From Phyllobacteriaceae bacterium (lineage in GTDB: Bacteria > Pseudomonadota > Alphaproteobacteria > Rhizobiales > Rhizobiaceae), in assembly GCA_043776635.1 (NCBI GenBank), contig JAYVRA010000051.1, positions 406 through 64,405 on the forward strand: DNA of 64,000 bases, in the 5' to 3' direction. A program made the position numbers and the translations under genes. Below are positions 38,583 to 47,841 of this stretch, in pieces. The notes beneath the pieces were generated by a model. The model was not told the DNA's origin and did no database searches. It worked only from the letters and a program-made list of their open reading frames with translations. The stretch's first letter is position 1, and each line of letters opens with the position of its first letter.

Positions 38583-39827
38583 ATGCAACAAACGGGGTCA
38601 CTCGAAAAACTTTACCTTGATTTTGATAGTTTTTTTGCCAGTGCAGAGCAGATGTTCAATCCGGCTTTGCGCGGGCGTCCTGTTGGTGTTGTGCCGCTGG
38701 CTTCGCCTTATACCAGCCTGATTGCGACCAGCCGCGAGGCCAAAGTCTTTGGTTTGAAAGTCGGCACGCCCGTGCGTGAGGCGCGGGCGATCTGCCCGGA
38801 CATTCATTTGATTGAGGCGCGGCCTGATCTTTATGTAAAATTGCATAAGCGGATTATCGAGGTGATTGAGCGCTGCGTGCCCATTGCCGGGGTCCGCTCA
38901 ATTGATGAAGTGGTGTGTTCGCTATTACCATCGGAAGTAAAGCGGCCTGCTGATATTTGTCATCGTATTAAAACCGCTTTGGCGCGGGAAATCAGCCCCA
39001 CCCTCACTTGTTCAATCGGCATATCGAGCAATGAGTTGCTTGCAAAAATCGCTGCTGAAATGAACAAGCCGGACGGGTTTGTGGTATTGCATCCTGATAG
39101 CTTGCCGGGCCGCCTTCTGGAGTTGAAATTACGCGACCTTCCCGGCGTTTCACGCGGCATGGAAAACCGCTTGTTGCAGGCTGGTGTTACATCTGTCGAA
39201 CAGCTCTGGGCAATAGAGCCCAAGCATGCCCGTGCGATTTGGCGCAGCGTTGAAGGTGAACGGTTTGCCTATGCGCTGCATGGGTTTGCGATCGAAAAAC
39301 CGGACACTGTGAGGCGCATGTTCGGTCATAGCCGCAACCTGCCGCCAAACTGGCGGACGGGTGGAAAAATACTGCAATGTGCCAGACTTTTGTGCATGAG
39401 CGCGGCAAGGCGGCTGAGGCGTGCGCATATGCGGGCCACCGCTGTTTCTTATTCAGTTAGTAAAGACCGGCGCGATAGCACTTCACTGGAAGTCAGTTTC
39501 ACGCCGGCGCGGGACGATCATACATTTTTGACCGGTCTCACCGCCCTGCACAGGCGCATGTATGACAATGGTGTGCTCAACGATGCACGTAGCATATCTG
39601 TTATACTGCACGGGCTGACGTCAGAAGACCGCCCTGTGCGGGATCTTTTTGAAAATCACCAAACTGAGGAGACCCGCGCCCGCTGGGAACGGGTTTCTGA
39701 CATGCTTGATTCTTTGCGTCGGCGCTATGGCAATAAAGCGCTGAACCTCGGGTCAACCCGCTCACCGGGTGCTTACATCGGCGCTAAAATCGCCTTTGGG
39801 CGCATTCCTGATGCCGAAGATTTTTAA
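38583..39827 (+). CDS. Y-family (DinB/UmuC-like) translesion DNA polymerase
   Basis: 414 aa. Catalytic N-terminus LYLDFDSFFASAEQ...LRGRPVGV and the SIDE motif (GVRSIDEVV). Confidence 0.85.
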   Translation: MQQTGSLEKLYLDFDSFFASAEQMFNPALRGRPVGVVPLASPYTSLIATSREAKVFGLKVGTPVREARAICPDIHLIEARPDLYVKLHKRIIEVIERCVPIAGVRSIDEVVCSLLPSEVKRPADICHRIKTALAREISPTLTCSIGISSNELLAKIAAEMNKPDGFVVLHPDSLPGRLLELKLRDLPGVSRGMENRLLQAGVTSVEQLWAIEPKHARAIWRSVEGERFAYALHGFAIEKPDTVRRMFGHSRNLPPNWRTGGKILQCARLLCMSAARRLRRAHMRATAVSYSVSKDRRDSTSLEVSFTPARDDHTFLTGLTALHRRMYDNGVLNDARSISVILHGLTSEDRPVRDLFENHQTEETRARWERVSDMLDSLRRRYGNKALNLGSTRSPGAYIGAKIAFGRIPDAEDF

Positions 39828-39996
39828 TGTTTTATAGTGTTTGCTTTTTATAGTGTTTGGTCGGGTATCAAGGCGTAAAGAATGTCAGATGTGGGTGTCG
39901 AAAGAAAATCCAAGCTCCCCTTGCCCACCCAACCCTCTGAATAGCATCCGGTATATTATGAACATGCTGCTCAACACCGGCATAGCTCACCCCAAT

Positions 39997-41001
39997 TCAC
40001 ACACCCTTCAGCGGTAGCACCCTATCCGGCGGGCGGTGGCCATCGAACATTGTTTTAATGTTGATGATGACTTTTTCGCCCATATCGACCCGCGCTTCCA
40101 AAGTGGCGGAGCCGAGGCGCGGCAATAGAATGACTTTGCCTTTGTCCGCCAGTTTTAAAAGCTTTGGATTGATCGCGGGTTCATGTTCGAACACATCCAA
40201 GGCGGCACCGGCCAGCTTGCCGTCTGTGATCATTTTGATCAGCGCAGCCTCGTCGATAATGTCGCCTCGAGCAGTGTTGACGATATAGGCTGATGGCTGC
40301 ATCAGCGCCAAGCGGCGGGCCGAGAGCAGATGAAATGTGCCCGGCGTTGAGGGGCAGTTGACGGAGATGATATCCATCCGCGCCAGCATCTGGTCAAGGC
40401 TTTCCCAATAGGTGGCCTCAAGTTCAGTTTCGGTTTTAACGTCAATACGCTGGCGGTTATGATAGTGAATTGAAAGGCCGAAAGCCTTGGCCCGCCGTGC
40501 GACAGCTGTTCCGACGCGGCCCATGCCGATAATGCCCAAACGCTTGCCGCGAATGCGCCGCCCGAGCATCCACGTCGGTGACCAACCCGGCCATTTGCCG
40601 GAGCCTTTGAGCACAGCTGCGCCCTCTGTAAGGCGGCGCGGCACGGCAAGTATCAACGCCATGGTCATATCTGCCGTGTCTTCGCTTAAAACATTGGGCG
40701 TGTTGGTGACGCTGATGCCTTTTTTGTATGCCGCCTCGACATCAATATTATCAACACCATTACCAAAATTCGCGATCAGCTTTAGATTTGGTCCCGCGTT
40801 GGCTATGAGTTCGGCCGTAATTTTGTCGGTGATTGTAGGAACCAGAACATCGGCTTGCGCCATCGCTGTGGCAAGAGCTGAATTATTCATCGGCACATCA
40901 TGCTCGTTCAAACGCGCATCAAACAGCTCAAACATCCGTGTTTCCACTGCATCCGGAAGTTTGCGGGTAATGATGACAAGCGGTTTCTTTTTTATTGTCA
41001 T
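39997..41001 (-). CDS. D-2-hydroxyacid dehydrogenase (glyoxylate/hydroxypyruvate reductase-like)
   Basis: 334 aa, NAD site GIIGMGRVG, catalytic RGD..E..H pattern (NTARGDIIDE ... FEHEP). Confidence 0.85.
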   Translation of the reverse strand: MTIKKKPLVIITRKLPDAVETRMFELFDARLNEHDVPMNNSALATAMAQADVLVPTITDKITAELIANAGPNLKLIANFGNGVDNIDVEAAYKKGISVTNTPNVLSEDTADMTMALILAVPRRLTEGAAVLKGSGKWPGWSPTWMLGRRIRGKRLGIIGMGRVGTAVARRAKAFGLSIHYHNRQRIDVKTETELEATYWESLDQMLARMDIISVNCPSTPGTFHLLSARRLALMQPSAYIVNTARGDIIDEAALIKMITDGKLAGAALDVFEHEPAINPKLLKLADKGKVILLPRLGSATLEARVDMGEKVIINIKTMFDGHRPPDRVLPLKGV

Positions 41002-41167
41002 TTCTTGCTCATTTTATAGGCCTCGTTGAGACCTCATTAACCAAAAAGGGTGATGCTAACGGCGAGTGTATGTCTTCAGTCTAGCAAGATAGAAGCGCAA
41101 ACTCAAAAGAAAACACAAGGCCATTAGTTTCAGTGTTCCGGCCTTTGTAGCGTTGCGAGTGATTGCC

Positions 41168-41719
41168 ATGTTTCGAGTTCAGTCCCTGTTGCGCGCCGGC
41201 GTTTGCTGCGCGATTCTTGCCTCATTTTTTAGCGTCCCCGGTGCGCAGGCTACGCAGGCTCAAGCCGCTATGATGGGCCCCAGCGGCCTGCCACTTCCAC
41301 GGTTTGTTTCGCTCAAATCCAACCGTATTAATTTGCGCGTCGGTCCGGGGCGTGATTATGCCGTGCAATGGCTTTATTTAAAACCGGGCCTGCCGGTAGA
41401 AATCGTCCAGGAATACGATAATTGGCGGCGCATCCGTGATTCTGAGGGAACGGAAGGCTGGGTGTTGCAAACACTGCTTTCCGGCAAGCGCGCCGGCATT
41501 GCCGCACCGTGGGGCAAGGCGGTATCTGCCGAACCCGTATCGCTGTTCAACGCGGCTGATGATCGCTCAGCGGTTACCGCCAAACTTGAATCCGGCGTTC
41601 TTGGCAAAGTAACAGCCTGCGATGGCAACTGGTGTAAATTTGAATCCAGCGGCTATGATGGCTTTGTGCGCCAAACCGATATTTGGGGCGCTTATCCCGG
41701 TGAGATTTTCGATAATTAG
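41168..41719 (+). CDS. SH3-like domain (DUF1058) exported protein
   Basis: Signal peptide, then LPLPRFVSLKSNRINLRVGPGRDYAV...WRRIRDSEGTEGWV, typical of DUF1058. The ORF track starts at TTG 41153. Confidence 0.75.
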   Translation: MFRVQSLLRAGVCCAILASFFSVPGAQATQAQAAMMGPSGLPLPRFVSLKSNRINLRVGPGRDYAVQWLYLKPGLPVEIVQEYDNWRRIRDSEGTEGWVLQTLLSGKRAGIAAPWGKAVSAEPVSLFNAADDRSAVTAKLESGVLGKVTACDGNWCKFESSGYDGFVRQTDIWGAYPGEIFDN

Positions 41720-41762
41720 GGTCTGGCGCCGGTATAGAAACAGCTTGCTGCCCCAGCCTTTT

Positions 41763-41818
41763 GTTTTCGTATCTCTTTTTGCCAGAAACCGCATACACTT
41801 TTTGGCGGGATGCTCTAA
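41763..41818. repeat. Third copy of the REP-like unit
   Basis: GTTTTCGTATCTCTTTTTGCCAGAAACCGCATACACTTTTTGGCGGGATGCTCTAA shares GAAA(A)CCGCA-ACACTTTT and GATGCTCTAA with the 815..928 units. Confidence 0.7.
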
Positions 41819-41843
41819 CCTATTGTTTTATTGCATTATTCTT

Positions 41844-42198
41844 AGGGTCTGAACCTGTTAATTTTGACAAAATGGTCGAAGTGATTTTTGGTGAGTGCCA
41901 AGAGCGAAGTCACACGAGCGAAGGCACAGGAGCGGAGGCGCAGGAAATGCGGGCATGTTGCTATCGCCTCTTCGAGTGGCAAGGCTTGCAAGTACAAGAC
42001 TTTGCAAGTTCAAAACTTTGCGACTTCAAGCCAACAAGACATGGCAATCGCCGGTAAGCGCCCGATTTTGGTACGAACAGCCAACTGGCTTCACTCTGCG
42101 GCATCAAACAGTTTGAACGGGGCCCGGCCCGCCCTGTTTTACTTACATAGTTTCGACATGCGCCTGCCATTTCGTCAAAATTAACAGGTCAAGACCCT
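41844..42198. mobile_element. MITE-like element, full copy 2 (355 bp)
   Basis: TIRs AGGGTCTGAACCTGTTAATTTTGACAAAATGG ... CCATTTCGTCAAAATTAACAGGTCAAGACCCT. Flanked by TA on both sides if the element is defined as GGGTC...GACCC. Shares conserved internal blocks with 9153..9486. Confidence 0.75.
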
Positions 42199-42224
42199 AA
42201 GCGCAACGTCGCTCAAAAAATGCA

Positions 42225-43532
42225 CTATTCCGCCGCTTGTTTGGCCATCGGATTGTTCGGATGTGTTGTCCAGTTGGCATAACCAACGTTGGCAATTTTG
42301 CCGGTACGTGGATCAGCGCCGGAGATTTCTTCCATCGTGATGCAATTCTGCACGGGGCAAACGTTGACGCACAGATTGCAGCCTACGCACTCATCGTCCA
42401 TCACTTCAAAATGGCGCAAGCCGTTTTTGGAGGATGTAATGGCCTGATGTGATGTGTCTTCGCAGGCAATATGGCAGCGCCCGCATTTGATACAGCTGTC
42501 TTGGTCAATCCGCGCCTTGGTGACATAGTTGAGGTTGAGGTGTTGCCAATCCGTAACATTGGGCACAGCCATGCCTTGGAAATCAGCGATGGATTTATAG
42601 CCCTTTTGGTCCATCCAGCCGGACAGGCCCGAAATCATTTCGTCAACGATTTTAAAGCCGTAGGTCATAACCGCAGTGCAGACCTGCACATTGCCGCAGC
42701 CAAGCGTAATATATTCCGCAGCATCGCGCCATGTTGTGATGCCACCAATGCCGGAGATTGGCAGCCCGCGCGTCTCCATATCGCGGGCGATTTCGGAAAC
42801 CATGTAAAGCGCGATGGGTTTGACAGCGGGGCCGCAATAGCCACCGTGGGAGCCTTTGCCTTCAATCGAAGGTTCCGGCGAAAAGCTGTCAAGATCAACC
42901 GAAATAATCGAGTTGATCGTATTGATGAGCGAGACTGCGTCCGCGCCGCCGGCTTTTGCAGCGCGGGCGGCGTTGCGCACGTCGGTTATATTCGGCGTCA
43001 GCTTGGCGATGACGGGCATACGGGTGTATTTTTTGCACCAACGGGCGACCATTTCGATATATTCCGGTACTTGGCCGACCGCCGCGCCCATGCCGCGCTC
43101 GCTCATGCCATGCGGGCAACCGAAATTCATCTCCACGCCATCGCAATCGGTTTCTTCGACGCGCTTGAGGATTTTCTTCCAGCTTTCCTCTTCGCAAGGC
43201 ACCATAAGCGAGGCGATAAGGGCACGGTCCGGCCAGTTTTTCTTTACCTGCTTCATCTCGCGCAGGTTAATTTCAATATCACGATCGGTGATGAGTTCGA
43301 TATTGTTAAGACCCAGCAGACGCCGGTCAGCGCCCCAAATCGCGCCATAGCGCGGGCCGTTGACATTGACCACAGACGGGCCTTCTTCGCCCAGCGTCTT
43401 CCAAACCACGCCGCCCCAGCCCGCTTTGAACGCGCGCTCGACATTATAGGCCTTGTCAGTCGGCGGCGCTGACGCCAGCCAGAAAGGGTTGGGAGATTTA
43501 ATGCCGAGAAAATTGGACGCAAGATTTGCCAT
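42225..43532 (-). CDS. preA: NAD-dependent dihydropyrimidine dehydrogenase subunit PreA
   Basis: 435 aa: DHOD-like TIM barrel plus a C-terminal 2x[4Fe-4S] region (CIKCGRCHIACED, CVGCNLCVNVCPV). Confidence 0.9.
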   Translation of the reverse strand: MANLASNFLGIKSPNPFWLASAPPTDKAYNVERAFKAGWGGVVWKTLGEEGPSVVNVNGPRYGAIWGADRRLLGLNNIELITDRDIEINLREMKQVKKNWPDRALIASLMVPCEEESWKKILKRVEETDCDGVEMNFGCPHGMSERGMGAAVGQVPEYIEMVARWCKKYTRMPVIAKLTPNITDVRNAARAAKAGGADAVSLINTINSIISVDLDSFSPEPSIEGKGSHGGYCGPAVKPIALYMVSEIARDMETRGLPISGIGGITTWRDAAEYITLGCGNVQVCTAVMTYGFKIVDEMISGLSGWMDQKGYKSIADFQGMAVPNVTDWQHLNLNYVTKARIDQDSCIKCGRCHIACEDTSHQAITSSKNGLRHFEVMDDECVGCNLCVNVCPVQNCITMEEISGADPRTGKIANVGYANWTTHPNNPMAKQAAE

Positions 43533-43544
43533 GATTTATCTCCC

Positions 43545-44864
43545 TCAAGCCTTCAAAAATGCGTGGATGGACTCGCCTGCGCGGCGTCCGTCATCGACTG
43601 AGGCGACTGTCAAATCCTGACCGCCAAAGATGCAATCGCCGCCGGCCCAAATGCCTTTGACTGATGTGCGCTTTTCACCGTCCACAAGGATGCGCCCCTT
43701 TTCCAGCTTCAACGCCCCGCCCGAAACATCGATATGCGTTTGCCCGATGGCCTTGAAAATTGTGTCGCAGCCGAGCTCAAAAATCTCGCCTGTGCCCTGC
43801 AATTTGCCATCAAGTTCGGCGGTTTTTTCGCACATTAAACTCGCTGTGCGACCAGACTTTTTCTTCACTTTAACGGGCATCACAAAATGGCGTATAACCA
43901 CACCTTTGCTTTTTGCCAATTCCTGCTCAAAAACACTGGCGTTCATCTGTGGCTGGCCGCGACGGTAAATAATAGTCACTTCATCGGCTCCTAAAAGTTT
44001 GGATTGCACGGCAACATCAATGGCCGTCATGCCGCCGCCAATTACCACCACACGCTTGCCAACCGGCAATGTGGACAAGTCTGCGGATTGACGCAAATCG
44101 GCGATATAATCCACCGCGTCTTCCACGCCTTTAGAATTTGCGCCCTCAATGTCCAATGCGTTGACGCCTTGCAGGCCGGTGCCGATGAAGACGGCGTCAT
44201 AGTCTTTTTGCAGCATTTCAAGGTTTATATTTTTGCCTAAACGCTTGCCGGTTTTGATCGTGATACCACCGATATCGAGAATAAATTGAAGTTCCTTCTG
44301 CGCAAAATTGCTGGTGGTTTTATAGGCCGCGATGCCAAATTCATTCAAACCGCCGCCTTTTATGCGAGCTTCAAACACGGTGACTGTGTGCCCGTGCATT
44401 GCGAGCCGGTGGGCACAAGCCATGCCTGCCGGACCCGCTCCAACAACCGCAACGCTCTTGCCGGATTTTTTGGCGCGGGTGAACGGGTGTTTGCCGCCTT
44501 CCATAAAATGGTCAGTGGCATAGCGCTGTAAAAGACCGATCTTTACCGCCTTTCCCTCAGCTTTTTCGCGTACACAGGCCTCTTCGCACAGCGTTTCCGT
44601 CGGGCAAACGCGGGCGCACATACCGCCGAAAATGTTTTGCTCAAAGATGGTTTTAGCGGCACCATCGGCATTGCCGGTCGAAATCTCGCGGATAAACAGC
44701 GGGATGTCGATGCTGGTCGGGCAGGCCGTCATGCACGGTGCTTCGTAACAAAAATAACAACGGTCCGATTCCACCGCCGCTTCATGGGGCTTTAGCGGCG
44801 GATGCAAATCCACAAACCCGTCAGCGCTGCTAAAATGATTTGCCGCGCTACCTTGCACACTCAT
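43545..44864 (-). CDS. preT: NAD-dependent dihydropyrimidine dehydrogenase subunit PreT
   Basis: 439 aa, GltD-like: Cys clusters at the N-terminus and FAD/NAD GxGxxG sites (VAVVGAGPAG, VVVIGGGMTA). Confidence 0.9.
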   Translation of the reverse strand: MSVQGSAANHFSSADGFVDLHPPLKPHEAAVESDRCYFCYEAPCMTACPTSIDIPLFIREISTGNADGAAKTIFEQNIFGGMCARVCPTETLCEEACVREKAEGKAVKIGLLQRYATDHFMEGGKHPFTRAKKSGKSVAVVGAGPAGMACAHRLAMHGHTVTVFEARIKGGGLNEFGIAAYKTTSNFAQKELQFILDIGGITIKTGKRLGKNINLEMLQKDYDAVFIGTGLQGVNALDIEGANSKGVEDAVDYIADLRQSADLSTLPVGKRVVVIGGGMTAIDVAVQSKLLGADEVTIIYRRGQPQMNASVFEQELAKSKGVVIRHFVMPVKVKKKSGRTASLMCEKTAELDGKLQGTGEIFELGCDTIFKAIGQTHIDVSGGALKLEKGRILVDGEKRTSVKGIWAGGDCIFGGQDLTVASVDDGRRAGESIHAFLKA

Positions 44865-44930
44865 CGCTATCCTCCCTCGCTCCTGATTCCGTTTTCCGGA
44901 ATTCTTAGAGAAGAGTGCTACGATTTTTTT

Positions 44931-44961
44931 GTTTGGTCAATTTTTTTAATCGTTTGGTCAA
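44931..44961. promoter_or_regulatory. Two GTTTGGTCAA direct repeats 21 bp apart upstream of preT (RutR-like half-sites)
   Basis: Plus-strand GTTTGGTCAA at 44931..44940 and 44952..44961. The minus strand reads TTGACCAAAC twice. TGGTCAA is half of the E. coli RutR box TTGACCAnnTGGTCAA. Confidence 0.4.
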
Positions 44962-45001
44962 AAATAAAAACACCTCGATATGATCGCTCATATCGAGGTG
45001 T
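44961..45001 (-). terminator. Intrinsic terminator after fucU
   Basis: Minus strand reads ACACCTCGATATGA-gcga-TCATATCGAGGTGT followed by TTTTTATTTT. Confidence 0.8.
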
Positions 45002-45036
45002 TCTTTTCAGACGTTGCCCCGGCCATATTCAAAAAA

Positions 45037-45456
45037 TTATTTCGGGTAAACCACGCCCTTACGAATAATAATATTTCCATATAGCGCGGTTTCGCTTGTT
45101 GCCACAAGCGCATAGCAAGACTTCACCCGATCATAGAACGCTTCGCCTTTAAGCCCGAAAACTTGGGTTCCGGGGGCATGTTTCTTAACGATGGATGTGA
45201 AGAGTTCATGGCAAGCCTGTGGCTCGGCAATGCCCGGAATAAACACAGCCTGCTCCACCTTATCGTCAATCGGCATGACCGCTAAGATAGCCTCCAAAAG
45301 CGCCGCAACGCCATGTCCATCAGCGCGAATGACGCGAAAGCCATGGGCGTCGGCCGGATAATTACCGTCGACAATCGCGATTTCATCGCCGTGCCCCATG
45401 GCGCGAAGCGAGTAGAGCAGGTCCGGCCCGAGGAGTGGATTAAGGCCAATGAGCAT
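45037..45456 (-). CDS. fucU: RbsD/FucU family sugar mutarotase
   Basis: 139 aa, LRAMGHGDEIAIVDGNYPA motif of the RbsD/FucU family. Confidence 0.8.
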   Translation of the reverse strand: MLIGLNPLLGPDLLYSLRAMGHGDEIAIVDGNYPADAHGFRVIRADGHGVAALLEAILAVMPIDDKVEQAVFIPGIAEPQACHELFTSIVKKHAPGTQVFGLKGEAFYDRVKSCYALVATSETALYGNIIIRKGVVYPK

Positions 45457-46676
45457 TAGTTTGTTTCCTTAAGAAATGAATTAAAATCAAGTAGATAGCG
45501 CGAGAAAAGCGGCAGGCTGGCGCCCCCGATTGCCCTTGCATTGCTGCCCACATGGCCCTCCAAAACCTCCGGGACAATGATGCCGCGAAGGTCGAGCGTT
45601 CCCAGCGCTGTTCTGGTGGCATCGACAACACGCTTGCGCACCCAGGCGGGGAAGCCGCCGTCGATTACGATTGCTGCAAAATCAATTACTGACACACTGG
45701 CGACAATGGCGTGCGCTAATGCAGTGGCCGTTTTTTGAATCCATGCTTCCAACACGGGGCCAAAGTCAAACCAATCATCAGCAGAATACCACAGCGGGCG
45801 CGGATCAATGTCAGCCTCGCGCAACATGCGCTCAAGGACATAAATTGACGCCGCCTCAATCAGCTGGCGCGAACCACCCTTGCCATCAGGAACAGGAATT
45901 GGGCCAAGTGCGCCGGCGGTTCCCGTGCGACCTTTAAAGAGGCTGGAATTGAGGACCACGCCGCCGCCAACAAATGACCCGATAAAGAAATATAAATAGT
46001 CCGGAATTTTTGTACCAAAACCAAATACCAACTCGGCGCCGCAAGCACTTGTCGCGTCATTTTCAAGAAATACGGGAATATCAATCAGCGACGCCAACTC
46101 ACTTTGCAGATCAAACATCCGCCAAGCGTTTGCCTCGGAGGGTGAAGCCCCCACCTCATCGGCCCAGTTCCACAGCTCAAAAGGCGCTGCCACACCAATG
46201 CCCGCCACACGCTTGCGCTGATCCACACTTAAATCAGCGGTCAAAGCCTCAACGCCATATTTGGCAAATTTCAAAATGCCGTATGGCGAAGGGTAGGAAT
46301 ATGTTTCGTGCAATTGCGCTTTGATAGTGCCCACAAAATCCAGCAAAATAATATCGGCGCTGCGGCGGCCGATTTTTAAGCCGATAGAATAGGCTCCTTC
46401 TGGATTAAGCGACATCGGAACTGAAGGCTGACCGACTTTGCCACGGACCGGCTCAAGTCTTAGCAAAAGACCATCAGTCTCCAGCGCGCGCATGATTACA
46501 GAAATGGTTTGTGCAGAAAGTCCCGTTGATTTTGCAATATCGACTTTGGCAAGACTGCCGTGCCGTCGCACCAGTGAAAGCACCAAACGTTCATTATAGG
46601 CGCGAACAGCCGTCTGGTTCGAGCCACGAACTCCCGCCACGCTTGAAAACTCAACTATTTCTGCCTCGATAGCCAT
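45456..46676 (-). CDS. ROK family transcriptional regulator
   Basis: 406 aa: N-terminal wHTH (NERLVLSLVRRHGSLAKVDIAKSTGLSAQTIS) plus a ROK sugar-kinase-like domain. Confidence 0.85.
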   Translation of the reverse strand: MAIEAEIVEFSSVAGVRGSNQTAVRAYNERLVLSLVRRHGSLAKVDIAKSTGLSAQTISVIMRALETDGLLLRLEPVRGKVGQPSVPMSLNPEGAYSIGLKIGRRSADIILLDFVGTIKAQLHETYSYPSPYGILKFAKYGVEALTADLSVDQRKRVAGIGVAAPFELWNWADEVGASPSEANAWRMFDLQSELASLIDIPVFLENDATSACGAELVFGFGTKIPDYLYFFIGSFVGGGVVLNSSLFKGRTGTAGALGPIPVPDGKGGSRQLIEAASIYVLERMLREADIDPRPLWYSADDWFDFGPVLEAWIQKTATALAHAIVASVSVIDFAAIVIDGGFPAWVRKRVVDATRTALGTLDLRGIIVPEVLEGHVGSNARAIGGASLPLFSRYLLDFNSFLKETN

Positions 46677-46813
46677 CGCAGCGCTACATCCTCCCAGACG
46701 CCCGTTCCCGGTCGCAATTATTTCACACCATGTCGCATGTAATTAATAAATCAAGTGGATTTATTTATTGACAACCGAAAAGATTCAGTATTGGCTGAGG
46801 CGGAAGTCGGGAC

Positions 46814-47056
46814 ATGCCCTTGCGTAAGCAATCTGTTTCGATCTTCTTGGAAAGTGTAGCTGCCCTTCGCGACACATCACTGTTCGGCGGCCGCGCCTCT
46901 ATCGCCGGCTCAGTGCTTGGAGCCATCATTGTAGGTGTATTCAACACGGGTCTTTCGCTAGCTGGCGTTGATAGTTATTGGCAATTATTTGCCTCAGGTT
47001 GTTTGGTGATTATTGCTGTTGCACTTGATCAATGGCTACGGAGGGCATCGCAATGA
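46814..47056 (+). pseudogene. frcC: C-terminal remnant of a sugar ABC permease (frcC-like)
   Basis: Only ...SLFGGRASIAGSVLGAIIVGVFNTGLSLAGVDSYWQLFASGCLVIIAVALD remains, i.e. the last ~60 aa of an RbsC/FrcC-type permease. There is no upstream permease body and no binding-protein gene. Its stop overlaps the frcA ATG. Confidence 0.7.
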
Positions 47057-47841
47057 GTGACGTTCAACCCATTCTCAAAGCACGTGGTTTGATGAAGCGC
47101 TACGGCAACGTTGTTGCCTTGAACAGCGCGGATTTTGATCTTTATCCGGGCGAAGTTCTGGGAGTGATTGGTGACAATGGCGCGGGCAAATCGTCCTTGA
47201 TTAAGGCGATCTCCGGCGCGGTGACACCCGACCACGGCACGATTGAACTTGAAGGCAAACAGGTCAATTTCCGCAATCCGGAAGATGGCCGCAACGCCGG
47301 CATTGAAACCGTGTATCAAAATCTGGCTCTCTCGCCTGCGCTTTCAATTGCCGACAACATGTTCCTTGGCCGGGAAATACGCAAAACAGGCATTTTGGGT
47401 GATATATTCCGCATGATGGACCGTGGCGCGATGCAAAAAATCGCCCGCGATAAGCTGACTGAGCTTGGATTGATGACCATTCAAAACATCAACCAAGCGG
47501 TGGAGACACTCTCCGGCGGTCAGCGTCAAGGCGTTGCGGTTGCCCGTGCGGCGGCGTTCGGCTCCAAAGTGGTCATCATGGATGAGCCGACTGCGGCGCT
47601 CGGCGTGAAGGAATCGCGCAGGGTTCTTGAGCTTATTCAAGACGTTAGAAGACGTGGCATGCCAATCGTGCTGATCTCGCACAATATGCCGCACGTGTTT
47701 GAAGTGGCGGACCGGATTCACATCCATCGTCTGGGTCGCCGCCTCTGCGTCATCCGCCCGAAGGACTATTCCATGTCAGATGCGGTTGCCTTTATGACGG
47801 GTGCAAAGGAGCCACCGGCAGAAGCATTGGCAGGCAATTGA
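47053..47841 (+). CDS. frcA: Sugar ABC transporter ATP-binding protein (FrcA-like, single cassette)
   Basis: Walker A GDNGAGKSS, signature LSGGQRQ. GGAGGG 7 nt upstream of ATG 47053. Confidence 0.85.
   Translation: MSDVQPILKARGLMKRYGNVVALNSADFDLYPGEVLGVIGDNGAGKSSLIKAISGAVTPDHGTIELEGKQVNFRNPEDGRNAGIETVYQNLALSPALSIADNMFLGREIRKTGILGDIFRMMDRGAMQKIARDKLTELGLMTIQNINQAVETLSGGQRQGVAVARAAAFGSKVVIMDEPTAALGVKESRRVLELIQDVRRRGMPIVLISHNMPHVFEVADRIHIHRLGRRLCVIRPKDYSMSDAVAFMTGAKEPPAEALAGN

Noticed and set aside
42471-43472. 333-aa ORF antisense to preA.
   Set aside because: It is a shadow ORF on the opposite strand of a strongly supported gene, with Arg/Ala/Gly-rich low-information sequence and no motifs. 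The same reasoning applies to 22111..22860 (antisense to the nucleoside hydrolase), 3226..3906 (yejF), 59424..60125 (glgB), 52393..53118 (cysI), 61731..62375 and 62829..63467 (glgC/glgA), and 33888..34535 (rplT/pheS).
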